A DNA stretch of 64,000 nucleotides from Acidobacteria bacterium UBA2999 (GTDB lineage: Bacteria; Acidobacteriota; Vicinamibacteria; Vicinamibacterales; UBA2999), in the NCBI GenBank assembly GCA_002346475.1, contig DDZV01000005.1:2393-66392 (forward strand), in the 5' to 3' direction. The notes beneath the pieces are model-generated. The model was not told where the DNA came from and did not search any database. It saw only the letters and a list, made by a program, of their open reading frames with translations. This document shows, piece by piece, positions 1-8,279 of this stretch. Position 1 is the stretch's first letter. Every line of letters begins with the position of its first letter. The translations under genes and the position numbers were made by a program.

Positions 1-783
1 GAGCCGAGCACCAGAAAGGCCGGCTTGTTCCATTGCCAGCAAGTTATGGCATGCAGTGACCCCTGACCCGCAGTACATCGTAGTTTTTTCAGGAGGGGTA
101 TCACCCAATACGGCTGAGAATTGTTTCCGAAGTACGGCAGGCGGTAAAAACATGTTGTCTGAATCGAGGTTGTTTTTAAAAAAATAGTTTTTTGCTCCGG
201 GGATGTGCCCAGCGGCACGATCAAGTGACTCGCTAACACCCTGGTAACGCTCTGGTGCGCGTGCATCAACCAAGAGATTTTCAGATCTAGCGAGGCCATG
301 CATTACTTGTTTGGTATCGAGAAGTTTGTGTTGCTGTGGAGAACCACTGAAGGTCACAGACGGATTAGTGTCGAGACCGCTTTGTATTTTTTTGTTTTCG
401 AGGGTCCATTTTTTAAAACCACCATCAACGACAGCTACTGCAGCGTGGCCGAGATATCGAAGCATCCACCAAAGCCGTGCTGCGTACATGCCAGTGTCCT
501 GGTCGTAGCACACAACCTGCTTGTCACGGGTAATGCCCAATTGACTAAAAGTATTGGTTATTGACTCTGGGGCAGGTAGAGGGTGGCGTCCACTTGTTGC
601 TGTTTTGGGACCAGATAAGTCCTTCGACAAGCTTGCATACACTGCTCCTTGAATGTGTCCGGCAAGGTACTGTTCGAAGCCCCATTCTTTGTTGCGAAGA
701 TCATATCGACAATCCACAACAACCCAAGAAGGGTCTGCCAGACAAGTGGAAAGCTGACTTGTCGATATAAGCGTTTGATACAT
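1..783 (-). CDS. sseA: 3-mercaptopyruvate/thiosulfate sulfurtransferase (tandem rhodanese), C-terminus cut by window edge
   Basis: Translated by hand from the ATG at 783-781 on the minus strand: MYQTLISTSQLSTCLADPSWVVVDCRYDL...MYCGSGVTACHNLLAMEQAGLSGARL. The frame stays open to base 1 (261 codons). The CGSGVTA catalytic loop is typical of SseA/MST. It is absent from the ORF track because it has no stop in the window. Confidence 0.8.
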   Translation of the reverse strand, partial: MYQTLISTSQLSTCLADPSWVVVDCRYDLRNKEWGFEQYLAGHIQGAVYASLSKDLSGPKTATSGRHPLPAPESITNTFSQLGITRDKQVVCYDQDTGMYAARLWWMLRYLGHAAVAVVDGGFKKWTLENKKIQSGLDTNPSVTFSGSPQQHKLLDTKQVMHGLARSENLLVDARAPERYQGVSESLDRAAGHIPGAKNYFFKNNLDSDNMFLPPAVLRKQFSAVLGDTPPEKTTMYCGSGVTACHNLLAMEQAGLSGARL

Positions 784-807
784 GACGTTTCAAACTCTCT
801 ATGACTG

Positions 808-1695
808 TTAGCTATTTGCTTCTAAGGCCGAAATGCGTTTCTGTAGTGGTGGATGGGTGGAAAAAAACATTGCCCATCCCCGCCGACCATTAATTTTTAA
901 TGTGGCTAGTGATTCATGGTGAGACTCAACCATCTCAGTATTTGCCATGAGGCGTTTCAGTGCACCGACCATTTTTTCTCGACCAGCTAAACGTGCGCCT
1001 TCAGCATCAGCTTTGAATTCACGGTAACGAGAGAACCACGAAGTGACTAGTGAGCCAAGAATGCCAAGCACAACTTGCAGCACCATAATGATCATAAACT
1101 CAAGCATCCAGCTACTACGAGAGTTGCTTGAACGAGTGATCGCATTGACAATTACATAAGCAATAATCCGAGCAAAGAACATGACAAAGGCATTAATAAT
1201 GCCTTGTAACAGTGTCATCGTGACCATGTCGCCGCTACCAATGTGGGCTATTTCATGAGCAAGGACACCTTCAACTTCATCTCGGCGCATCGAACGAAGC
1301 AGTCCTGTCGAGACAGCCACGAGACTTCTTTTTTTACTTGGTCCAGTTGCAAAAGCGTTTAATTCTGATGAGTCGTAAACTCCTACCTCTGGCGTTGGCA
1401 AGTTTGCTTGTTGGGCAAGTCTAGAGACAGTCTGATATACCCAATCCAGTTCTTCTTGACCAGTCTGACCCTGAATAAGTTTGACGCCTGTAGCCTTTTT
1501 CGCAACCCAGCGTGACATTTGAAGCGAAATAAATGATCCACCCATACCCCAGACAAGACACAAGACTGCCAATGCTTGGATGTCGAGTCCGTACGGGGTT
1601 ATGTATTGTCCAATGCCAAATACAGACATCAGGACAGACAGCGTTAGGACAATGACGATATTTGTAACGAGGAAGAGAAATATTCGCTTACCCAT
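808..1695 (-). CDS. htpX: M48 zinc metalloprotease HtpX
   Basis: 295 aa with N-terminal TM helices, the HEIAH zinc motif (GVLAHEIAHIGSGD) and HtpX-like overall layout. Confidence 0.9.
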   Translation of the reverse strand: MGKRIFLFLVTNIVIVLTLSVLMSVFGIGQYITPYGLDIQALAVLCLVWGMGGSFISLQMSRWVAKKATGVKLIQGQTGQEELDWVYQTVSRLAQQANLPTPEVGVYDSSELNAFATGPSKKRSLVAVSTGLLRSMRRDEVEGVLAHEIAHIGSGDMVTMTLLQGIINAFVMFFARIIAYVIVNAITRSSNSRSSWMLEFMIIMVLQVVLGILGSLVTSWFSRYREFKADAEGARLAGREKMVGALKRLMANTEMVESHHESLATLKINGRRGWAMFFSTHPPLQKRISALEANS

Positions 1696-1715
1696 AGTAA
1701 ATCAGCATAGCATGA

Positions 1716-2933
1716 CTACTTCTTTTTAGTCAGTTGTGTCGCGAGTTGATGCAGGAATAATCCAACGTCGGTGACAACACCGACGGTTTGCATTGAGCCC
1801 CGGTCACTCAACTTTGTAACAACAGCTGGATTTATATCAACGCAGACAACTCTGACCCACGACGGCAGCATGTTGCCAACTCCGATACTGTGCAGCATCG
1901 AGGACAACATAAGGACGAGCTGTACGTCAGCTAGGGCAGTGGCATAATTATCCTGCGCCACAGTGAGATCCATGATCGTATCCGGGAGTGGGCCATCATC
2001 ACGAATACTTCCTGCCAGGATGTAGTCAACATTGCGTTTTGCGCACTCGTACATTACGCCCGATTGGAGCACACCGGATTCTACAGCCTGACGGATGCCG
2101 CCCGCCCTGTTTACAACGTTAATGGCAGCCATGTGGTTACGATGCCCTTGTTCAACAGCGACGCCAGCAGCAAGATCGATCCCCAGTGAAGTTCCTGAAA
2201 GTGCATATTCAATATCGTGAACTGCGAGGGCGTTACCGGCGAGCACAACATCAACAAAGCCATTGCGAATGAGAGTCGAGAAGTGTTCCACCCCGCCAGT
2301 GTGTACAACAACTGGGCCCGCGACTACTGCAATCCGCCCGCCCTCTTGTTTGACTTCTTGCATCATCGCTGCAATTCGCCCAACACTAGCTTCAACACGT
2401 CGTTCGGAGGAGACGTCGTTGCTCATGAAGGCAAAGCCAAGGCGGTCGCGCTCACGATACTCTGGGAGCACCCGAATCCCTCCATGTCCGCAAACAACCA
2501 TTTCTCCTTTAAGAACATCTCGGAGTTTACGGCACTCTGCCTGATTGTTATTCAGAACAATAACTGCATCCATTCTTTGTTTTTTGACTTCTACCCACTG
2601 TCCATTACGTCGAATATGTGTCTTATGATTAGTGGTTGAATAAAAATCATCAGGCACACACTGATCCTTTTCAGCAGGCTTGAATTCAGCATCCTGTTGT
2701 TGCACTGGATGACAGCCATATAGAGTCAGCTGTTGCAGTAAATCGTCTAGGGTTTCACGTTTTGAAGCCATCAAGCGCATCTGGATGCGCGAAACATCGT
2801 CGTTCGTCCTGCCGATATCAAAGTCAACGACCTCGTATGAGGCATTGAGTTCAATAATCTTGTCGAAAATTGCGCTCAGGTGACCTGAGTCAATTAAATG
2901 ACCTGTAGCTTCAATTGTTTCGCTGGCTGCCAT
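1716..2933 (-). CDS. TIGR00300 / LOR-SDH conserved-domain protein (archaeal-type ornithine cyclodeaminase-like)
   Basis: 405 aa. The N-terminus, IEATGHLIDSGHLSAIFDKIIE...DFDIG, matches my memory of the TIGR00300 family. The assignment is from recall, not a search. Confidence 0.55.
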   Translation of the reverse strand: MAASETIEATGHLIDSGHLSAIFDKIIELNASYEVVDFDIGRTNDDVSRIQMRLMASKRETLDDLLQQLTLYGCHPVQQQDAEFKPAEKDQCVPDDFYSTTNHKTHIRRNGQWVEVKKQRMDAVIVLNNNQAECRKLRDVLKGEMVVCGHGGIRVLPEYRERDRLGFAFMSNDVSSERRVEASVGRIAAMMQEVKQEGGRIAVVAGPVVVHTGGVEHFSTLIRNGFVDVVLAGNALAVHDIEYALSGTSLGIDLAAGVAVEQGHRNHMAAINVVNRAGGIRQAVESGVLQSGVMYECAKRNVDYILAGSIRDDGPLPDTIMDLTVAQDNYATALADVQLVLMLSSMLHSIGVGNMLPSWVRVVCVDINPAVVTKLSDRGSMQTVGVVTDVGLFLHQLATQLTKKK

Positions 2934-3003
2934 AGTTCCATTATGTGCCGAGAACTCAAGCGACAGATAACTTAGTGAAAAATTGATTGTTTCTGAAGAA
3001 ATT

Positions 3004-3900
3004 TCAGGCTATTGCCTTTTCTTCACTGGAACGCTTGTCGTTTTCAATAGGTTTGGAGAGTTGTGCCACCTTAACGTCCCATGCAAGTCCAAGAAGCTGC
3101 AGTGACCGAATTCCAATCCAGTTCATGTCAAACTCATACCAGGCTAGTCCGTGGCGGGCTGAAGTTGGATGCGCGTGATGATTGTTATGCCAGCCTTCTC
3201 CAAATGTCAGCAGGGCAATCCACCAGTTATTAGTGGAGTCGTCACGAGTATTGAAGCGCTGCGATCCCCACATGTGTGTCCCAGAGTTTACGAGCCACGT
3301 GACGTGCAGCAGAAATGTTGTTCGGAAAAAGATGCCCCAAAGGACGTAGGGAATGCCGCCAAACACTAACAATCCTAAGCCGACGACGACCTGTGGCACC
3401 CAGTGCCAACGTGTTAACCATACATAAAAACGAACACGTGATAAGTCTGGAGCGTACTTGCCTAGGATTTCAGTGTTGGAATGTAGACCATGCCCCGAAA
3501 GGATCCAACCCATGTGGGCCCAGTACCCGCCTTCTCGTGGTGTGTGGGGGTCTCCATCACGATCAGAGTTTTGATGGTGGATACGGTGTGTCGCTACCCA
3601 AAAGATAGGACCGCCTTCCATCGCCAGGGTTGCACATACGGCTAAGAAATACTCAACTGGCTTAAATGTTTTGTAGCTGCGATGAGTCAGTAGCCGGTGA
3701 TAAGACATTCCGATACCAAGCATCCCAGCAACGAAATATAGGACAACAGCAGAGAGAATGGCACCGAGGTCGATAAAGAAGAACGCAGCAATAGCAAGAA
3801 TATGGAAAATTGCCAGTATGGTACCCGTTTGCCAGTTGAAGCCTTGCTGATTTCTTCGGCCGTACACATCAACAGGTGCAGAAAGATTACTTGATGTCAT
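3004..3900 (-). CDS. Membrane acyl-CoA/acyl-lipid delta-9 type fatty acid desaturase
   Basis: Three histidine boxes (HRLLTHRSY, HRIHHQNSD, HNNHHAHP) and N-terminal TM helices. Confidence 0.9.
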   Translation of the reverse strand: MTSSNLSAPVDVYGRRNQQGFNWQTGTILAIFHILAIAAFFFIDLGAILSAVVLYFVAGMLGIGMSYHRLLTHRSYKTFKPVEYFLAVCATLAMEGGPIFWVATHRIHHQNSDRDGDPHTPREGGYWAHMGWILSGHGLHSNTEILGKYAPDLSRVRFYVWLTRWHWVPQVVVGLGLLVFGGIPYVLWGIFFRTTFLLHVTWLVNSGTHMWGSQRFNTRDDSTNNWWIALLTFGEGWHNNHHAHPTSARHGLAWYEFDMNWIGIRSLQLLGLAWDVKVAQLSKPIENDKRSSEEKAIA

Positions 3901-3949
3901 GTGTTCCTTTGAAAATCCTACGTGGAATGTTCATACGATAACAGGTTTA

Positions 3950-4390
3950 TTAGACTCTGAGCCAGTCCGCCTGCCAATCCACGACCATTTCCTTAATAGT
4001 TTTTCGACTCTGGATGTTGTCTGATAGGACAGTTCTAGCTAGTTCTGGGAGTTCAGTGTCACTGGCAAATCTAAGTCCAATAAGTTGATTCACGGTAAAG
4101 TGATCGATTTTATTCTGTAAGTCTGGCGGAAGCAGTTTCGCTAATCTTAGGCGCATTTCTAGACGAATAATCCGATCTTGAACCGTGAGTGTAAAAACAC
4201 GTACATAGAAAAAAATCAGCAACAGCCCTACGGCAACAAATAAAGCCATAAGAGCATCTAGCGAGAAGGCTACGATGACGCGATACAGTGACCATAAAGT
4301 ATTAGCTACAACGATAGCGAATGTAAAACGCCAGGCAAGAGGTGGCATTCTGAAATGATTTTTAAAATTCTGTACTTCCTTGTCGGCCAT
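3950..4390 (-). CDS. Hypothetical two-TM membrane protein
   Basis: 146 aa ORF with two hydrophobic helices after a basic N-terminus. No recognisable catalytic motif. Confidence 0.5.
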   Translation of the reverse strand: MADKEVQNFKNHFRMPPLAWRFTFAIVVANTLWSLYRVIVAFSLDALMALFVAVGLLLIFFYVRVFTLTVQDRIIRLEMRLRLAKLLPPDLQNKIDHFTVNQLIGLRFASDTELPELARTVLSDNIQSRKTIKEMVVDWQADWLRV

Positions 4391-4465
4391 GCGTTACGCT
4401 CCTGACTCATGAGTTACCGGGTCAACAACCAAATACCATAACAGGTTTGGCTACCGATTGAGTGT

Positions 4466-4948
4466 CTAGGTTGCAGTGGGTGATTCCACAACAAAGTCTG
4501 TCCACTCAGAAATTTTCCCATCCACTAAATAGAAAATCCCAATAACCGTGATGTCGAATTTTGTGTCCGGAAGTGTAAACCGGTCTATGCGTTCATTCAC
4601 GACAATTGGCCCGCGTGCCCATGTATCAAGAATTTCAAATTCTGCCGAAGTTGCATTGTCACCAAAGGTTTTAAGAAATTCGACGATAGCTTGAGGGCCT
4701 TCAACCATAGGGATGTTTTGGCTTGCTCTGTACTTACAGTCTGTCGTCAAGAATGAAGCCATTTTGTCCCAATCAAACGGGACAAGAAAGGTAGCGCAGA
4801 AGCCATTGACTACACTAATGTTTTCCTGTTCTTCCGGAGCAGGTTGGGATGCATCAACTTGGTGAGGCATGCTGATTGCAGCCATAGTGCCAACACTGCC
4901 GGTTGCAAGAAACTTTCTCCGTGTTACGTGGTTAGTGGATTTTCGCAT
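4466..4948 (-). CDS. Tat-signal NTF2/SnoaL-like (limonene-epoxide-hydrolase-like) protein
   Basis: Twin-arginine leader TRRKFLATGSVGTMAA, followed by a domain of about 125 aa whose size and pattern fit the NTF2-like fold. Confidence 0.55.
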   Translation of the reverse strand: MRKSTNHVTRRKFLATGSVGTMAAISMPHQVDASQPAPEEQENISVVNGFCATFLVPFDWDKMASFLTTDCKYRASQNIPMVEGPQAIVEFLKTFGDNATSAEFEILDTWARGPIVVNERIDRFTLPDTKFDITVIGIFYLVDGKISEWTDFVVESPTAT

Positions 4949-5084
4949 ATCCTTGTTCCCCCCTGTCTGCCTAAGTTTGTCATGATTGATAATAGAGCGG
5001 TTAGATTAAATAGTTTTTAGAATTTAGTGAACAATTCAGAAAAACAGTTAAGAAACAGACCGTAACACACGTTAATATTTCGTT

Positions 5085-5897
5085 ATGCATAATCCGTTCG
5101 TTCCTGAAACACTTGAAGGTTGGAGTTTGCTCCATCTCATGTACCGTGTCCGTTGGGATCGTGTGCAGAAGGTATCCTCGGCTGAGCGAACACGCCTCGC
5201 TAAGGAGGCTGTTGACTCCCTGACTGTACCTGACGGCTCGACAGCCTTTGCACAGATGCTTGGTCACAAAGCTGATTTCATGGTGACTTGCTTCAGAAAA
5301 GATTTTGAAGAATTAGCGCAGGCGCAGCTGGCATTTGCTCAAACGCAATTACACGAGTTAATCGAACTAACGACATCTTATGTATCTGTAGTGGAACTAG
5401 GCATGTACGAGATGACGGCAAAAATACATGATCAGGTCGGGCAGAAATTTAAACCAGGGTCTGACGAGTTTGATCAAGCGTTTGACACAGAGCTAGACCA
5501 GCAACGCCAACGAATGATGGGGCGTCTTTTTTTAGATACGCCAAAGAAAAGATACATTTGTTTCTATCCTATGAATAAAAGACGTGGTGAAACGGTCAAT
5601 TGGTACTCTGAGACATTTGAGCGTCGTGCAGCGATGATGCGTGAACACGGAATGATTGGGCGAGGGTATGCGGGGCAGGTGCTTCAAGTTATCTCTGGGT
5701 CAATTGGTTTTGATGACTGGGAATGGGGTGTCGATCTCTTTGCGGACGATCCGTTAGTTTTCAAGAACCTGATTTACGAAATGCGGTTCGATGAAGCTAG
5801 TGCAAAATATGCTGAGTTTGGTCCTTTCTATATCGGGTTGCAGTTTTCTTCTTCCCAGCTAGCGGCGTATCTTGGGGGATCTGTTCCTGAGTTATAA
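5085..5897 (+). CDS. hemQ: Chlorite dismutase-family protein, HemQ/ChdC-like (coproheme decarboxylase candidate)
   Basis: 270 aa with no signal peptide and a Cld-family pattern: EGWSLLHLMYRV..., FYPMNKRR, MMREHGMIGRGYAG, FDDWEWGV. HemQ versus a true Cld is not resolved. Confidence 0.7.
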   Translation: MHNPFVPETLEGWSLLHLMYRVRWDRVQKVSSAERTRLAKEAVDSLTVPDGSTAFAQMLGHKADFMVTCFRKDFEELAQAQLAFAQTQLHELIELTTSYVSVVELGMYEMTAKIHDQVGQKFKPGSDEFDQAFDTELDQQRQRMMGRLFLDTPKKRYICFYPMNKRRGETVNWYSETFERRAAMMREHGMIGRGYAGQVLQVISGSIGFDDWEWGVDLFADDPLVFKNLIYEMRFDEASAKYAEFGPFYIGLQFSSSQLAAYLGGSVPEL

Positions 5898-5939
5898 AGT
5901 TCTTGCTTAAATTTTATTTTTATTTTTTACTGAGGGCTT

Positions 5940-6665
5940 ATGAGATTTCGTGTTTTGGCAATAGTTTTGGTGCTTGTCGGAATACCAGTATTAGCAATAG
6001 CCAACCAATCCAACCCATGGGACTACCAAGACCGAAGAATGCGTGAACGTGGAATGATTGGACGTGGGGGACTATCGATTATTTCTGGTGATTTAAGAAA
6101 TATGGCAACTCGTTCTGATGTTTCGGAGGAAGATTCTGATCGTTCCGCCAGCCGTCCACGAGCGTCTAAGGAACGAGTTACTGTTAATTACAGCGCACAG
6201 CAGCCAAACCGTGCCCCAGATGTAATCTTTGTTCCTACACCGCAGGAAGTTGTTGACGCCATGCTCAAAGTTGCCAAGGTCACTGAGAAAGATATTGTTT
6301 ATGACTTGGGTTCTGGGGATGGACGTATTCCTGTTACCGCGGCGAGAGTTTATGGTGCTCGTGCTGTGGGCATTGACATCGATCCAGAGCGTATTGCTGA
6401 AGCTAATGCTAATGCCGAAGCCTCAGGAGTTACTGACAAGGTAAAATTCTTGAATCAAGATTTATTTACCACTGATTTCAGTGAAGCAACAGTAGTGACG
6501 CTTTATTTGTTACCGTCGCTGAATAAAAAACTTCAACCAAAATTAATGGAAGAGTTAAAGCCAGGAACTCGGATTGTGTCTCACGCGTTTGATATGGGTG
6601 ACTGGGAGCCTGAGCTGAAACTTAATGTTGGTGGTCGGATAGTTTATTTGTGGACTATCCCTTAG
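5940..6665 (+). CDS. Class I SAM-dependent methyltransferase with N-terminal signal peptide/anchor
   Basis: SAM motif I, VYDLGSGDGRIPV, and a post-I acidic residue (GIDID). The N-terminus MRFRVLAIVLVLVGIPVLAIA|NQ looks like a signal peptide, followed by a low-complexity linker. Confidence 0.75.
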   Translation: MRFRVLAIVLVLVGIPVLAIANQSNPWDYQDRRMRERGMIGRGGLSIISGDLRNMATRSDVSEEDSDRSASRPRASKERVTVNYSAQQPNRAPDVIFVPTPQEVVDAMLKVAKVTEKDIVYDLGSGDGRIPVTAARVYGARAVGIDIDPERIAEANANAEASGVTDKVKFLNQDLFTTDFSEATVVTLYLLPSLNKKLQPKLMEELKPGTRIVSHAFDMGDWEPELKLNVGGRIVYLWTIP

Positions 6666-6694
6666 GTAGAATTTATATTTTTTGAGAGAAACTC

Positions 6695-7468
6695 ATGTTT
6701 GAAGCTTTTGTTATTACGCTACGTGAAGGCCTGGAAGCTTTCTTGATTATCGCTATTAGTCTTGCGTACTTGCGGAAGACGGGTCGAGAAGTGTTGATCC
6801 CTGCAATCCATTGGGGTATCGGTGTATCCATCATCTTAAGTATTGGCTTAGGAGTTTTATTCCAGCGTGCGTCAAATCAGGCACTTTGGGAAGGGGTGTT
6901 GGCGATCGCCGCTGCTGTACTGGTGACGACCCTCATCGTACATATGTGGCGACATGCCAAGCGGCTAAAAAGTGAGATTGAGACACGTTTGGCACAATCT
7001 GCTGCGGAGACTGGTGTACGAGCTTTTGGGGGAGTGTTCCTATTTACATTACTCATGATTTCTAGAGAAGGCATGGAAACAGCGTTACTGATGGGCACGT
7101 TATTGTTTCAAGTTCAGGCTATGGATGTAATTCTCGGCGCGACCGCCGGTATTGTAGTTGCAGCATGTGTTGCGTTGATGTGGTCACGTTATGGCCATCG
7201 GGTAAATCTTGGACTCTTTTTCCAGGTGACAGCAGTATTTCTTTTAGTGTTCGTTTTCCAACTCTTAATTTATGGTTTTCATGAACTAACAGAGGCCTAC
7301 ATGTCAAACCCCACGCTGAACCGACTTCATTGGGCAACTGAACCATATGGTCCAGATGGGCGTTATGGTAAGTACCTGACCTATTTGCTTGTTGCAATGC
7401 CTATGGGGTGGCTCATTGTAAGCAACATATTGGGAGCACGAAAAACGATACCATCGCGTGCCAAGTAA
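6695..7468 (+). CDS. efeU: FTR1/EfeU-family high-affinity iron permease
   Basis: Two REXXE motifs (REGLEAF, REGMETA) in a polytopic membrane protein of 257 aa. Confidence 0.85.
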   Translation: MFEAFVITLREGLEAFLIIAISLAYLRKTGREVLIPAIHWGIGVSIILSIGLGVLFQRASNQALWEGVLAIAAAVLVTTLIVHMWRHAKRLKSEIETRLAQSAAETGVRAFGGVFLFTLLMISREGMETALLMGTLLFQVQAMDVILGATAGIVVAACVALMWSRYGHRVNLGLFFQVTAVFLLVFVFQLLIYGFHELTEAYMSNPTLNRLHWATEPYGPDGRYGKYLTYLLVAMPMGWLIVSNILGARKTIPSRAK

Positions 7469-7517
7469 ATAATTAAAGATCCCGCTTAAGGGTTTATCCA
7501 AAATCTGTAAAAAAGGT

Positions 7518-8279
7518 ATGCGAATAGACTTGAACGCAGACGTGGGTGAGTCTTTGGATGCACACACGCTTGCGAATGATGCAGCACTGATGCCGCATCT
7601 TACGTCTGCAAGTATCGCCTGTGGATTTCACGCTGGTAACCCCGCAGTCATGAGTGCCACACTGGCTTTGGCAAAGGAGCACGGTGTTGCTGTTGGTGCC
7701 CATCCGAGTTTTCCAGATCAGATTGGTTTTGGAAGACGAGACTTTGAAATGGCACCCCAAGAAATCGAAGACATGGTCGTGTACCAGGTTGGAGCGTTAG
7801 CAGTGATGGCAAAAGCTAAACGCATGCGTCTCCAGCATGTCAAACCCCACGGTGCTTTGTACGTCAGAGCAGGGAAGGATCCTTTGATTGCAGAGGCTGT
7901 GACTCGTGCAGTGGCAGCTGTCGATCGATCACTTATGCTCTTTGGTCTTTCAGGGTCGGCACTAATTTCGGCTGGTCAGGATTATGGATTAACCACAGTA
8001 GCTGAAGTATTTGCAGATCGTGCTTATGAATCAGATGGAAGCCTTGTATCACGCAAGAAACCTGGGGCAGTCATCCAAGATCCAGATCAGGTTGTTAAGC
8101 AAGCGCTTAATTTAGTGAAGGAGCGGTTCACAGTCGCAGTAGATGGAAGTGTAATGCAGCTGGATAGAGACACTATTTGTCTACACGGAGATACACCCGG
8201 CGCAGTCAATTTAGCTATAAGGCTTCGTCACGCATTCGACGATGCAGATGTACAAGTTCTGGCTCTCGGGAAGCGTTAA
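7518..8279 (+). CDS. pxpA: 5-oxoprolinase subunit A (LamB/YcsF family)
   Basis: The N-terminus MRIDLNADVGES and the ACGFHAG motif are typical of LamB/YcsF. Confidence 0.85.
   Translation: MRIDLNADVGESLDAHTLANDAALMPHLTSASIACGFHAGNPAVMSATLALAKEHGVAVGAHPSFPDQIGFGRRDFEMAPQEIEDMVVYQVGALAVMAKAKRMRLQHVKPHGALYVRAGKDPLIAEAVTRAVAAVDRSLMLFGLSGSALISAGQDYGLTTVAEVFADRAYESDGSLVSRKKPGAVIQDPDQVVKQALNLVKERFTVAVDGSVMQLDRDTICLHGDTPGAVNLAIRLRHAFDDADVQVLALGKR

Noticed and set aside
298-770. Three plus-strand ORFs of 65-88 aa at the left edge (298-564, 311-508, 561-770).
   Set aside because: They lie antisense to a continuous minus-strand reading frame (1-783) that encodes a convincing rhodanese with the CGSGVTA active site. 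They are shadow ORFs.
5085-5897. Calling the Cld-family protein a functional chlorite dismutase.
   Set aside because: It has no signal peptide, and its length and pattern fit cytoplasmic HemQ/ChdC-like proteins. The diagnostic distal arginine cannot be verified without an alignment, so only the family-level HemQ-like call is made.
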